NCBI GenBank assembly: GCA_951406725.2
Contig: OX597814.1
Coordinates: 54,126,001-54,190,000 of the forward strand
Direction: 5' to 3'
DNA from: Octopus vulgaris
Taxonomy: Eukaryota
DNA length: 64,000 nt
This document shows, piece by piece, positions 12,867-27,072 of the stretch; positions within the stretch are counted from its first letter, which is position 1, and each line of letters opens with the position of its first letter. The notes beneath the pieces were generated by a model that saw only the letters and a list, made by a program, of their open reading frames with translations, was not told where the DNA came from and did no database searches. The position numbers and the translations under genes were made by a program.

Positions 12867-15800
12867 TATGTATATATGTGTGTGTATGTCTGTATCTATA
12901 TATTTATATAATTTTCCATTTTCATATATATGAGTTTTTTTTGTTTGCTTTAAGAAAGTAGAGTGTTATTTTAGGCATATTTAGCTGCCATTTCTTGCAG
13001 CTTCAGCAGATATATTAGAGACACATTTTATTTTTTAAGCCGAAACCCTTATTATTTTAGTGCTCAATCAAGAAGAGTGGAACCAGTTTTGTCAGTCAGA
13101 ATAACTGGAGAAAGTAAAGTTATATACTTTGTTGGAGGGTATAACAGTAACTACAGTAAATTTAGAACAGAAGATCATGTAGTAAATGGCTTAGCACCAT
13201 AATTTTACAGCTATCTCTTAATATCTAGTTTTCCTGATGTAAAAGGCAAAGAATCGGTTCATCTAAATTCACCTAAACTCCATCAAGGAGATCCTACAGC
13301 TTTCTGATCTGCTGGAAATAGCTAAATCTCTTGCATGTAACTGAAACAATGTATTGGTTAATCTAGCCATAGATACACTACACCGGGAATAAAAAAAAAA
13401 ACAAAAGAAAGGTTGGGATTTGAAAGAAAGATTGGTGGTGACAGGCTAAACAACAATAGTGAGAAAATATACTTGCACTGAGCAAACAGTTCTTTTTTTA
13501 TTTATTTAACCAACCCATCAGTGCATTGTCAAGATGTGATATCCTGTATCATCTTGAATACAAGTACATTGGGTCAGTTGCAGTTAATCTGCTAACTTTA
13601 TACCATTGCTAGTTAGCCTATGTCTTATCTTTTTTGTATTTACACACACTTTGTCCAACCATTCTCCATGTTACAGCAGAGTGGCAATTAAACTTTAACA
13701 CCAATACTATGGATTCTCTAAATATCCATTATGTAAAGGATTCTTACAAAACAGAGGCAAGCTCATGTTGCCCTTTCTGGCCATCATTTCCATCTTTGGG
13801 AGAAGAGGAAGAGATATATATTGAACAGTCCATGAATCTGGCAAGGCATGCATCAACTGGATTTTAAATATAAGTTTGAAGGTGAGAAAGACCCTATATG
13901 AAATAAAAAAAAATTTTTTTAATCCTCAGGAGAGCTATGTTCTTTCAGAACATCAATTCCCTCCCCGGTTGTCCAACCAATAACCTAGGAAAACCAAAAA
14001 AGGCTATGTGCATTTTCCTTTCTACATCAAGCAAACATGAAAAGATAACAAAAAACGAAAAAAGTAATGTAGTAATGTACCTTGCTGAATAACACATTGT
14101 AATGAATAGGTTTTGCAATGTTTATATTAGACTTTAGAACAATAGTCCAGTACCACACACAAATGCTTACACTGGAAACAAAACTCACACAATTTTATTT
14201 CTTGGCATTTATAAAAGAGTAAATTATTTAGCCATCTGTAAAATACCATTGATTGTAATTCCAGTCGTGTTAGATAAAGGTAGTTGTTAAATCATTTACC
14301 AAAAGATATTCTATTTTGTTCTTGTTTGTTTTAACCTGTAAGTTAAACAAATGGTGGATGTAAAATTTCATCTGTAAACTAGTTTTATTCTATGAGTTTT
14401 GGAATCATTTTATACAATGTAAAGTAATTGAAGATATAATTGATACAGCAGAATACATCCAGCAATCAATAATGATTATTAGTTTTAAGCTTCATCTTTG
14501 TAGCCAGACCATAAAATTTCCTAGACCTGGTTTCTATTATCAAAACTTGACGTAGATAAATCTCTAAGATAAGGAGCCAATCAGCAACAGATAACTATCC
14601 TCAAAGATCAGAGCCAACTAAATCAAGTTAACAAAACACTGTTGGTTACACTAGGTTTTTGTTACAGTAATGAAATGTAATTTTCTTAGTAAAAGCCAGT
14701 GGCTCATTACAAATTAAGAGCTTTGCTAGATACACTGCAGCACCAATGTTAGTACAATAGTTTCCCATCAACTCAAAGTAGTTGTATTCTCTAAATCCAG
14801 AAACTTAGAAAATAATATATAATGTGTATAAAATTTTTAAAGATAAAGTACAGTAACAATGTAAAAACTTAGTGGTGAGAGATAGTTTATTATAAGAAAA
14901 ATAACAAACCTATCCCATTATACATTAAGCCAAACAAGAATACTTGAAAAGAGTAGTTTACACTGTATGTCCTCCTTAATACCAAGCCTTGTTTTCATGA
15001 TAGATTAGCAGGTACATATTGACCATACTTATCTAGTGCAAGAAATGTAGTTGAGTCAATGACAGGCATACAACACACACACACAGAGTTATATAAACAG
15101 TATTGGGAAATAGAAACTTTTCCAAGGCAATGTAATTATCTTTCTCCTAATTTATCAAGCCAGGGAGTTATCTAGTGGTAGATTAGAGTATTAAACCGAT
15201 ATAAAAGGATGATTAGGAAAAATGACTCACTAAACATCACAGCTAGAGAGCAGAAAATGGGAAAAAATAATCAAACAATCTTCTGTAGCAATAACATATG
15301 AAAAGATTAAACTTAATCTATCAATGAGTTTTATGATCCAAAGAAAAGAAAGAAAGAAAATTCATGATGAATAAAAGAATATATAACATTAATTTCTTAG
15401 CAGCAGCTTATCTGCTGATGGAAGTTGTAACAGTGATCACATGCAGAGACTTGTCCTCATACTTGCTTAACAGTATGATGGAAAACTGAGGATTAGAAAT
15501 AATAACATTGCTTTCTCAAAAGACAATGCCCCTAGGAAAAATGTAAAATTTGGTTTCAAATTTGTATAGGAAGACTTTATCAGAGAACATCTCTAAAATG
15601 ATGTTGTGTATCATCTATAGAGAACATGGTATGTAACTAAAGGGTCTTGGGGACTAATTAATTAATCCATAAAATCTGCAATAGAAATCTTGCCTTTGGT
15701 ATAGTGACATGTTCTGAGAAATGACCATACAATTTTCTTCAATTTACTACAGCACAAGTTTACAAGTATATTATCTTACATCTAAGAGTTTTTGTTGGTA

Positions 15801-16789
15801 AGGGGAAAGAAAGAGCTATCTCTATGCATGGAAACACAGCTGTAAAAAAGATTTTAGAACATATTCTCCATACTCTATATCAGGTGGCAAAGATGTAGTC
15901 AAAAACCTATCTATAAATAAACAATTACTGTTACATGATAGAAAGGTCAGACAGTACCCTATGCATGACTTGTTGGGGAAGGGGAATAAACTTCACTGCC
16001 GGTGCCTCCCACCAAAACGTTTGTGGACATGTGCCAATGTCTAAAATCATCCTCAATATTATTACTGAGAGGTAAGTGTTATAGAAAAAAATAAGCTCTT
16101 TGTAAGCAAAATCTTTGACCCAGTTTTGGCTTTACCATTCTACTTCAGCACTTTTATATTTATTACATTTTAGTGCATTTTTGTATCTGGTTTGCAAGAT
16201 TCTTTATGTGATTTCATGTGGCTCTCCCCTAGACATGACAAAAGTTATATTTTAGCTTTTTGAAAAAAAGATTGTATTTCATAAATTCATAACCCCCACT
16301 TTGTATCTATGTAAGAAATCAATTTATTCCAAAAGCTAAAGTGTGTACGGATACTCCAGTACAGTATTGAACTATATACTTCCTAATTTATATTTTAATA
16401 GTGCATGAATTGGTTGACACTTACGCAAGGTGTCTCTTTTTTTTTGGGGGGGGGGGGGCAAATATTGGTAAAGATAAAGAACCAGCATTGTTTCATAACT
16501 CCTACTGGGTTATCAAAGAAAGACTTGTCTTCAATGTCCCAAAGAAAGGTAGGTCCTCAGTAAGATACTGTCTATGTTTAGTAATTGTAGGTACAAAGAA
16601 TTAACTAGGGAATATTATCTTAATCAAAAACCAGAATTATAAAACAAACTGTATTCTCATAAAGAACTTACCATCACTTTACAGTACTTGTTTTGCTCAT
16701 GTGATTGCTGTTAAATTCTTGATCAGTGCTGGTATATAAAAATGTTTTATATACTATCACTAATCAAAGGGATATAAAGATGCTATGAA

Positions 16790-17090
16790 AGCACATGACT
16801 TAGTGGTTAGAGTATTGAACTCGCAATCACGGGGTAGTGACTTTGATTCCCAGACTGGGCTGTGTGTTCTTAAGCAAGCCAATTTTATATTGCTCCAGTT
16901 CACTCAGCTGTAGAAATGAGTTGCGATGCCACTGGTGCCAAGCTGTATCAGCCTTTGCCTTTCCTTTGGATAACATCAATGGCATGAAGAGGGGAGGCTT
17001 GTATTCCATAAACAATCAGACTTGTACCTCAGAGGGTAACTGTCTAGGTGCAATCCCATGGTCATTCATGACCAAAGGGGGTCTTATAAA
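16790..17090 (+). mobile_element. tRNA-derived SINE family C (older copy)
   Basis: Homologous to 26034-26374. Confidence 0.85.
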
Positions 17091-17307
17091 GATGCTGCAT
17101 TAGTCAATATGATAGAGTGTAATTTTGGGGAATCTGACTGCTATTTCTAGCAGTTTGAGCAACAGTATAGACTTTTTTTGCTGGGTCACTATACTTTAGT
17201 TCTTGTTGTTTTACCTAAAATAATACAGCAGTCACCATATATATATATGCAGGGGATCCAGGACCACATTATATAATGCATACTTTTCTAAGACAGTGAG
17301 GTGCGAT

Positions 17308-17740
17308 TTAATCCTTTTGATACCAACCTACTTGAAATGCCTCCTAGTCCCATGATATAAGCTTCATGTTTTAAAGTGATCTAAATTAAAACCTATCAAA
17401 ATTCAATGCCAATTTATGTCCCAAACACCAGCTTAAATTCTTCCTCCATCCATTTTTGCTGCCCTCCATTACTAGGAGGATCATGAAAGTAGAATCCTCA
17501 GGCACCTTCTCTATAGGCTCCTATCAAAAACAACCATCATGAAACTTTCTTGCTGGATTCCTAAGGATGACTAACAGAGTATAGATATTATCTAACTATT
17601 TTGCTTGTAGTCTATCTAGGTCTCCTGCCAATTGGTTTGGCTTGAAGAAACTGTCTTACAATCAATTCTTCATCAGTTTCAGAATTCATTGAAATGAAAG
17701 CAGTGTATTTCAATAGAAATATAGTAATGAACATGTTAAG
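17308..17740. mobile_element. piggyBac-like MITE, interrupted
   Basis: TTAATCCTTTTGATACC...GTAATGAACATGTTAA with TTAA flanks; degenerate TIRs. Confidence 0.4.
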
Positions 17741-18044
17741 AGAAATTTGGTTGCTATTTCCAGCAAATAGCAACTACATAGATGTATCTTTATTAGCTTA
17801 GGTGTTCTTCAGTAATTCACTATGGTCCATTTTAATTGACTTATAAAAAGAAACTTTTTCCTTTAATGACAAAAAATCATTATCTAATCTTCAGCATTGT
17901 TCTTTACTTCATACAGATATTGTCAAATGAAATCAATATTTCATGCCATTAGAAGGCATAATTAGGATGTAAAGTTACTTTTCATGTGAAATGAAATGAA
18001 ATGTATTCTGTGAATGAGTATCCTATTAAAGAATATATTGATTT

Positions 18045-18228
18045 TAAACTTTTGGCACAATGCCAGCAATTTCAGGGGAGGGGGTAAGTCAATTACATCA
18101 ACTGGTACTTTGACCCTGAAAAGACGAAGTCAGCTTTGGTGGAATTTGAACTTAGAATGTAAAAATGGACGAAATGTTACTAAGCATTTTACCCAGCATG
18201 CTAACAGCTTTGCCAGTTCACTGCCTTA
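18045..18228 (-). mobile_element. Family-A SINE
   Basis: Family motifs in reverse orientation. Confidence 0.75.
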
Positions 18229-19004
18229 CTTCTTGATGTATTGACTTGTTTTGTATCTGTAAGCCTTGTTCAAGCAAACAAAATACAGGAATATTTCATT
18301 GCACCATTTTCTTGCTAACACCAAATACACACATATTCCAACATTCTACAACATAAAAATTGTCAGAAGAGCTGGAACAGCAGCCTTCACCTTTGAAAGC
18401 TCTACAAGACATTTTGCACACAGTTATTTTCATATAGTAAAATAAGAAATGGCTGTAGACTTTAAATCTTGGTGTATTTTATGTAAAGAATAAAAAAAAA
18501 GTAAAATGTAACATCCATCTAAATTATGATGTCGTTCTGTGCTAAATATTCTAGATATTTGAAGGCTGACTCAAGAATTTTATAACATAATTGTTAATAA
18601 TCACCTTGTGATACATTTGAAACAATCGGTTGTTTACACCAGTTTAGAGTAAGACATTGTCAGGGCTATGTCATTGTGTAACAAACAGCTCAAGTTGAAT
18701 ATCAGTGTGATGTTACTGCAGACAGAACTTGACCCACTGACTATATTAAACTTCACTTTCATCATCAGCTCTCTTTTTCTATATCTGTAGCTTAGAGTTG
18801 TTATTATTGCCACTCCCTTTAACAAAATCCAACAACTTGTACCTATGTTAAAAATAATAACTTACAACATTGGCACAAAGCCAGGAGAAAATTTGGAGGA
18901 AGAATATAGTGTATTAAACCAGGGGTTTCCAACCACTAGGTTGCACAGAAAGGATAAATTTTATTCCTATTTTATTTACTATCACAGTTTTCAGGGTGTT
19001 TTGC

Positions 19005-19830
19005 ATTAGATTCGTCATTATCAATCACAGTCTTGTCAATGTCAACTTCAAATTCATCAACTTCAATATCTTCAGTCCCCCATTTGTTGTCATGTATTTT
19101 GATTTTGTCATCATCTTAAATGTCATCTCTGTAGGATAGAGGCAACTATTTTTATGAATAGACATTGACATTAGTGATTACTTATCAGAGAATTGTAAAA
19201 GAATATAAACAGTAAAAAATTTTGTAAAGGATTACAGCTTTTGCATACTAAAAGTTCTTGCACCTTACATTACTGTAAATATAAACACATTTAGTACATT
19301 AGATGTATGTAAGACTGCACACTATACATAGACTACATACATACACAATATGACATAACCTTTTACTCATTATTTCATTTCTTAATGTATGTAAATGATC
19401 GACATGGAGCTTTTTAAGGAATACGTCAAAAGAGTGTAGAGGTAGGAATAATGAATAAAGATTTAAACTGATGTTATTTATTTTTGTCTTTGTCATGTTG
19501 TACATGCATATAGTGTTTTATGTAGTTTTATGTATATCTAACGTACTAATTATAGGAAACTTGTAATCCTTTGCAAAACTTTTTAATGTTCACATTCTTT
19601 TACAAGCGATCAGTGATGTCAATGCCTGCTAAAAAAAAAAAAATAAAAAAAAAACCGAAGGAAAAAAAACCCATCGACAGTGACAACATTTAAGTTGGCA
19701 AGAACAACATTGATATAGACAACAACGTAATTGAGAGTCAAGATAACGAAACCAAATGTTGACAATGACGAATTTGAGGTTGACGTTGGTGAAATCGAGG
19801 TTAGTGATGAAGAATTTGAAAGGGAAACCC
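19005..19830. mobile_element. Old foldback/long-TIR element with ~330-bp diverged inverted arms
   Basis: E.g. TTGTAAAAGAATATAAACAGTAAAAAATTTTGTAAAGGATTACA (~19193) against the reverse complement of TGTAATCCTTTGCAAAACTTTTTAATGTTCACATTCTTTTACAA (~19562); matches continue to both ends. Confidence 0.75.
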
Positions 19831-20254
19831 TGTAAGTAACAATATATGCAATAAATTTACACACACATGCTCATGTGTCTACACGAGAGTGCATGTGTGT
19901 ATGAGAGAGAAAAGGAGAAAGAAGAACCAAATGATTCAGTTTTACGTCATCGCTGAAACAAGTGTTTGCATCTGTAGCATCAAATAACTGGATGACGATT
20001 TTTATTAAGTGCAGCTGTTAAATAGATTTCCAGTGTAGAATAAATAAATAAACCAGAAAGCAAACAACAACAACACCACCAGAACTAAATACGTCAAATG
20101 TTTTTGTTTTTCTGTTTGCCTGTACTTTCAGTTCAGTTTTGTTTTCATCTGTAATATTATTCTGCTTGTTAGGACGTTCACGTTTTCGAATGTTAAACCG
20201 TAAACAACATTGAGTATGGAACGAAGTATAACACAGAAATAACCGAAAATTTTA

Positions 20255-20925
20255 TAGGGCGGAAGTCGATTAAATCGACTCCAGTACTTGATCAACACAT
20301 TATTTCATCAACCCTAGACGGATGAAAGGCAAAGTTAACTTCGACACGATTCGAACCCAAATCGTAAAGAACTGAAATAAATAACGCAAGGCATTTTTTA
20401 CGACACTAAAGAAACGTTAAGATCTATAAATTTATTCATTTTTTCAACTTGGAAAATTTATAAATTTCTAGAGCACCCGGCTCAAGGCGGCGAGCTGGCA
20501 GAATCGTTAGTACGCTGGACGAAATTCTCAGCGATATTTCGCCCGTCGCTACGTTCTGAGTTCAAATTCCGCCGAGGTCGACGAAATAAGTACCAGTTAC
20601 ACACTGAGGTCGATGACATCGACTATCACCCTCACCCAAATTTCAGGCCTTGTGCCTATAGTAGCAAAGAATCGTTAGCACGTTGGACAAAATGCTTCAC
20701 AAGACTTCTTCCGGCCCTTTATATCCAGAGATCAAATTCTACCGAGGTCGACTTCGCCTTACATCTTTTCGGGGTCGAGGAAATAAGTATCAGTTGCGCA
20801 TTGATCGATAGAACAAGTACCGGACTTTAAAAAATAATTACTGAAGACAGATTTGTTCGAATAACCGTACAAGCCGGTGCTCCAGCATGACCGCAGTCAG
20901 ATGACTGAAACAAGTAAAAGATTAT
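20255..20925. mobile_element. SINE cluster: family A (-), family A (+) twice, family-B tail
   Basis: GGCGGCGAGCTGGCAGAATCGTTAG head at ~20486, second head at ~20670, CTCCAGCATGACCGCAG tail at ~20880. Confidence 0.8.
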
Positions 20926-21334
20926 GTGTCTGTGGGTATAACTGAACATTGCTTTATTGGTTAACAGATTCCTAAGTTATTTGTGAAACTAAACATGCGT
21001 AAAATAAAACTGAGCAAACTTGTTATCAAGTTCATCCGCTAAAACACTCCACTGACGTTTCAAATGCCTTTTGACAAAAGCGCGAACATCAAACAGCCTA
21101 TAAATTTAAGGCTCTTATACTTTTGTGCATCTTCATTGTAAATCTTATTTTGAAATGCAATTTTAAAATTGATATAGCTAGGTTAAATTGACACACTAGA
21201 CTGACTGCGATAGAAGGAAACTAGATTTAAAAGCTCTTTTGAATACAATCAATCTTGGCACAGTTTATAAAGTGGTGGGCGATATAACTTCTGTTTCTCA
21301 TCTTTCTACTTTCAACTCAGCGAATTTCCGTAGG

Positions 21335-21712
21335 CACAGGTGAGCTTGCGTAGTTAAGAAGCTTGCATCCGGCCATGTGGTTTTGCGTTCAATCCCACTG
21401 CGCAGCACCCTGGACAAGTCAGTTTTACTATAAACCTGGGTTGATTAAGGCTTCATGAGTAGATTTGATAGGGGGAAACTGAAAGAAATCGATCGTGTGT
21501 GTGTGTGTGTGTGTACGTTTTTGTGTTTGTCCCTGATCACCACTTGAGAATCAGTGCTAATTTGTTTATGTCAGCATAACTTAGCGGTTCGGCAAAATAG
21601 ACAAACAGGCTTTAAAAAAAAGTATTAAGGGCTCAATTTTTTTTTACTAAACTTTTAAGGCGTTGCCCCAGCATGGCTGCAATCCAATGACCGAAATAAG
21701 TAAAAGATAAAA
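21335..21712 (+). mobile_element. Family-B SINE (diverged)
   Basis: Head, CORE-like segment, (TG)n and tail all present. Confidence 0.8.
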
Positions 21713-22470
21713 GAAAGCCATCCAAATATTAATGACATTTCAACATACAAGCGCGCGCGTTCATGGCTCTGATCATATAAAAGAAAAAAACCAGAAAAAA
21801 GAAAAGAAAGAGTAATTAAACCAGAGTGTTCAACTTCAGTTTGGTATGTCATCTATATTAATCTAGTTTCTAGAGATAACAAGAGCTGATAAAAATTGTA
21901 TATTTTCAAACTTCACTGCTGAATGGTTCTAGTAAAATACACCAAACTTTACACCAACAATTTGTATGATTTCAGAACTGATCAAACCACTTAACTCTCT
22001 ACTCTTCAATACAAGGAGAGGTTATTATAACAATAATAAGTCATTAAAACTGGTGATCAATGAAGCTTCTTTAGTAAGTAATATATTATATAGACACGGC
22101 GCGTGGCTTAGTGTTAGGGTGTTTGGTTCACAATTATAAGACCAGAAATTTAATTCCTGGACTGGACAGTATTGTTTATCTTTGAGCAAGACACTTTATT
22201 CCATGCTGTCCCAGTCTCGTTAGTCGTAAATAAGTAACAGATTGGATACTGGTGCCAATCTTTTTCTCTCCTTTCGTCATATTTTAGGTGTTTCCCTGGT
22301 TCGCAGGTGAGGGGCGAAGCCGGAAGGATGTTTGTGTCTGATTACCAATGTAATTGCAAAAACATCTTTCCGGTTATCTTTCGAAAGCACAAAATGCATT
22401 AATTGAAAAATCAGTGTTCGGGATAAGCAACGGTTTAATGACAAAATTAAAATAGTTTGAGATATATATA

Positions 22471-22981
22471 CTAGCAGTATCGTCCGGTGTTGCTCGGGTT
22501 TGTAAGGGAAATAACTATATAAGCATTTTTAGAGAGTTACTTCCCTTATAGATGCCAATTCGGGCTTTCTTAGCCATTTGTTTTGGTGTCTTCAAGCCAT
22601 GAAGTCGTTGTTCTAAAAGAACGCTGGTCTCCTTGAAAACGCTTTACGACGTTGATTTCCTTACACTCCCTTCCCCACAGCTTCACGAGGGAGGGAAGAA
22701 GGGGGAGAAGCAAACAGGTGCAGGTGTGACCATGGACGCCAACTCCGCCGCCATCGACACACGAAAAATTATGCATTAAAATGGAATAAAAAATGATGTT
22801 AAATTATTTTTAAAATCGTAGACTCATCGTAGACGCGCGCTAATACTCAGACGGGCTCGATATGAATCACGACTATAAGATACCCGAATTTGGTTAAACT
22901 GCACCGCAAAATGTGGGAGTAGTTAGGAATCTAAATCGAAGGGGACAGACACTCACACAACTACAGTTTTATATATATAGA
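22471..22981 (-). mobile_element. Non-autonomous Helitron
   Basis: Minus strand begins A|TCTATATATATAAAA and ends in a CCCGAGCAACACCGGA hairpin plus CTAG|T; no TSD; near-identical copy at 30687-31202. Confidence 0.85.
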
Positions 22982-23740
22982 TATATGGTCTTGAAGGTAT
23001 TCTATCAGATGTTTAATTTATTGTCACCAGTTTGTCTGCAATCATATTTTTTACAATTGCTGAAGATAATAATGGTGATCAGGCATGTGTTTTCAATTTC
23101 TCAGAGCAGAACATTATTTTATCTATGGTGAATCTGTTGCTCGCATCCTGTCAAACCAAATCCTATCATGCATTAAGATCATTTGCTTAACTAATGTGAC
23201 TGAATACCAGTCTAACCATAAAATCTCTATATTACTTGTAACTAGTGGAACATTGAGCATTATTATGTGTGTCCTGAAGGCATTCTAATTAGACGCTTAA
23301 TTTACAGTCGTCCAGTTTGCCGACAATAATACTTCGCTATCTTATCGAAGTGAAGATTTATCTCTCATCTGCTTAATACAACTGAATCCAAAGTTAAACC
23401 ATGGCTTTACGAACCCTCGCAGCTCATAGACTACATTAATAATTATACTTGCATGTGATTGTGTCTAGAGGAAGGCTTCTTGAGATAGTAAAACAGCATG
23501 CTGTTAAGCGGGTTATTATTACTTTATGCATGAAAGCAATAACAACAACAACAATAATAATAATAATAATAATGATAATAATAATGTCTTTGTTAAACAA
23601 CTAGTTAACCGCTTCTGATATTAGTAGAATTACTAAAATTATCTAAACTAGATTTAGACTTGGCATGCGAATTTGTGAAACGAAACAGAATCTGTTAGAT
23701 TTGAAATATTTCTGTAGACTGGTAAGTGGAAAGAGTAAGT

Positions 23741-23784
<44 letters not shown>

Positions 23785-25144
23785 CTCCAGTAGGTATCTA
23801 TTTCTGTAGTAATCTTTTTTTCAGAAAGATTTGCTAATTTGAGAGAGAGAGAGAATATATAAATAGAAAGGCTATAGGTACAGAAAACCAGAATATACTT
23901 GTTAACTTCACTCTTCCTCTCATAGTATTTGGTAACTTTTATTTTTCTATCACGAATACAGAAGCAGAATTAAAGAAAACAATTCGAGTAAGTAAATGTT
24001 GCCGAAATTTTATGAAGTGCATATAAAAAGATGACAACTGACATTTCAATAATTTTTATGCCGAAATCTGTTATAAACATTAAATTTGATCTTATATTCC
24101 ACCTTAATTCAAGAGACTCATAATTAAAAAAAACCTTAGAGAGGAACACCAGCTTTTTCTGACGTAAATGAATTGAAGGAGTGTGCATGCCTGTTTTGAT
24201 TATTTACTAATTTCCTTTTTATTTCCATTTTCTAAATGTTTACTTTTACAAATTAATCTGTAATTTAAAGTAAATCCACAAGAAAGAAAAAAGAAAAGCA
24301 AAGGAAAAAATTACTGCATCGAAATGTATATATAATATCGATTGTGAAAATCGAAATTAAATGATTTCAAATGATATTATGAATGCATTATTTCTTGATT
24401 CCTACACACGCTCAAGCAACTGGTCTCAGACACTTTTTGTGAAACTCAGGCTAGAGGTAGGACTGGGGGAGAAAACAAAATAGTGCTGTACGATATATTT
24501 TGATAGAAAACCGCTAATAAAAATGTATGGCGCTAAACCTGTATTAACACATTAAAAACTTCATTCATTTCCTCCCTCGCTATTACAGATAACTAAATAT
24601 TATTATTATAAATTTAAATAGATAATAGCGGCGAAGTTTCGCAAAAGAAAACAAGACAAAAAATAGTTTTCCCCGTTTCTCATTTGTATTTTCTTATTTA
24701 CTTTGAGTGAGACAACTCAATTGTTGATATATAAAAGCGCATTTTGGTTGAAGGAAGCGGCAAAATATATTAAAATAGAAAGAAATTAGAAAGATAACTT
24801 ACAACATTAGAATTATGTTGCCTCATTTCGTTCGTTTTTGGTACTTTAGATAATCAGATAAAATTAAAGTATTATTTTTCCGCCAGTGTCACCTTTTTTC
24901 TTTTTAGTAGGGAGATCCAACAAAAATAACTATCGGTATATTTTCTTTTTCTTCAATAAAGTGAGACAGCAGAGTGGTTTAGCTGTTAGTAGGAATAAGT
25001 TCCTACCGGACAAGGTGACGTTCGACTAACTACTAAAACAAACAGCTATTATATAGCACTTTATAATTGAATCCCAAAACAGCTAATTTACTTCAGTGGA
25101 ATTGCCGTGGTACTTGAAGTATTCAACGCTGTCAGTCACAATAA

Positions 25145-25195
25145 GCTGAGCCAATAGCTATTCAATAATCCACCCACTTTTGTTGACGTCATTAC
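25145..25195. promoter_or_regulatory. CCAAT box plus palindromic CRE in a non-repetitive, CpG-retaining segment
   Basis: AGCCAAT at 25149-25155 and TGACGTCA at 25184-25191. Confidence 0.3.
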
Positions 25196-25505
25196 TCTTA
25201 AGGCGTGATCTATGGTTTTTTTTCACTAATTTCGTCAAGGCTTACGCGAAGAGATGTATCAAATTAGATATAATTCAGGAAACTGCCTCCGTCTTTTCTC
25301 CCGTAGTTAACGAACGGAACAAGTTATAGGATTCAGTGTCGGTCACAAAGAGGGTGTATTACTAATAAGCGTTAAACGATCCTGTAAAACAGTTCTGATT
25401 ACTTACAAAGGCTGCGATGGAGCTTCTATGCGTTCGCTCGTTGTAATTAGAAATAGCAGCTAAATAACTTTCACTTACAAACGTTGGAAAAATGTGTTCC
25501 TAGGT

Positions 25506-25680
25506 TAGCGTCGTCTTAGGGCATAGGGCACTGGGCAGTTGCCCAGGGGCCCCACGGGACTAGAGGTCCACTTTTAATCTATGTATACTGTGGCCTGCTG
25601 ACAATAAATAAATACTATTAGGGCCCAGTGTAGTAATTTACCCGGGGGATGGGGACTATAACTCTACTAAGACGGCTATG
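25506..25680. mobile_element. hAT-like MITE
   Basis: Perfect 8-bp TSD TCCTAGGT (25498-25505 / 25681-25688); TIR cores CGTCTTAG / CTAAGACG. Confidence 0.8.
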
Positions 25681-26033
25681 TCCTAGGTTCCCTGCACATG
25701 AGAAAAGCATGGGATAGTCACAGCTGGAATAACTTTGATCATAATTTGCGCAGTTAGGGATAATTAATATAAGGCTAAACAGTAACAACAATAGCTGAAT
25801 AGGAAACAAAAAAGTTTTGCCGCACACGTTTTCCTGCTTTCGCAGTAACTGCTGCCGCTACCATCATCACAACACCGCTACCGCCACGACAACAATGACT
25901 AATTTTTTCTTCCGAATAACAAGATGTTTATCTGTTTGTTAGCGTTGTGATAGGGTTGATTCTTGGTATACGATACTAGTCTATTCCCTGCGCCAAACCA
26001 CCAATAGTATTTATCAATACTATTATCAACCAG

Positions 26034-26374
26034 TGAAGGCGCATGGCTCAGTGGTTAGAGCGTCGAGCTTACGATCGTGAGGTTGTGAGCTCGAATCCCG
26101 GACCGGGCTGCGTGTTGTTCTTGAGCAAGGCACTTTATTTCACGTTGCTCCAGTTCACTCAACTGTAGAAATGAGTTGCGACGTCACAGGTGCCAAGCTG
26201 TATCGGCCTTTGTCTTTCCCTTGGATAATACTGGTGGCGTGGAGAGGGAAGGCTGGTATGCATGGGCGACTGCTGGTCTTCCATAAACAACCTTGCCCGG
26301 ACTTGTGTCTAGGAGGGTAACTTTCTAGGTGCAATCCCATGGTCATTCATGACCGAAGGGGGTCTTTACCCCTT
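26034..26374 (+). mobile_element. Young full-length tRNA-derived SINE family C
   Basis: A box TGGCTCAGTGG, B-box-like AGCTCGAATCC, CORE-like CTTGAGCAAGGCACTT; 13-bp TSD TATTATCAACCAG (26021-26033 / 26375-26387). Confidence 0.92.
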
Positions 26375-26849
26375 TATTATCAACCAGCCACGTTACCTAC
26401 ATACTTCGAATGAGGTGGATTTGACAGTTGAGACTTTGCTGTTTTTATTTAGCCCGGGTCCACCGTTATCGAAAAGATCACTGACACATGGGAAGTCAAT
26501 CGAACAACTAGTTGCAATTCGCAGAGTCAAAGATCCTAGTGTACTTCTACCAAACTGAGGACCACACAGTACAAGCCGACTTGCAATGGTTGTTGTTTAA
26601 CCGCTGTCAGCGTTGACCCAGCGGTTAAAAGTGTTCCAGCCCCGATCATCCCGTGTTTATGTGAGGGACTACAACATCCAAGGTCCCCTTTATTTAAAAC
26701 AGTAGGATCTGGTTGAAAGGGCGATTTGGATGTTATTTCTAGCAGGTCGAGCGACCCTTCGTTGGTTTGGGACATGCAGTGGTTTATCCGCACCGAATAC
26801 AGTACTGTAGTCACAGCATGTTGTATTTTCTTCAGTGTCCAAGTTGATC

Positions 26850-27072
26850 TTAATTCCTCTAGCATTTAAACCGGTCATATCCGGTCAAAATAGTCCGTCC
26901 GTTTTATGCTCAAATCAGCCAAATCTGGCCTCTCACACCAATCCAACAATGTCATTTAAAAATAGTAAATCATTAAAATATCGAAGCTACAAGATAATGC
27001 ATGATAAATTCAAAACGATGTGAATAAATAAGCATTACATTTGATAGAGTAATTTGAATACTAAAGGGTTAA
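26850..27072. mobile_element. piggyBac-like MITE
   Basis: TTAATTCCTCTAGCATTT...AATACTAAAGGGTTAA: TTAA flanks and CCC/GGG-type TIR. Confidence 0.6.

Noticed and set aside
15400-15950. Faint transposase-like peptide (FVGKGKERA), possibly Academ-like
   Set aside because: A single short motif in heavily decayed sequence.
26034-26110. tRNA-like sequence (also at 48350-48426 and in the family A/B heads)
   Set aside because: Continues into a SINE body bounded by TSDs; no complete cloverleaf or acceptor stem.
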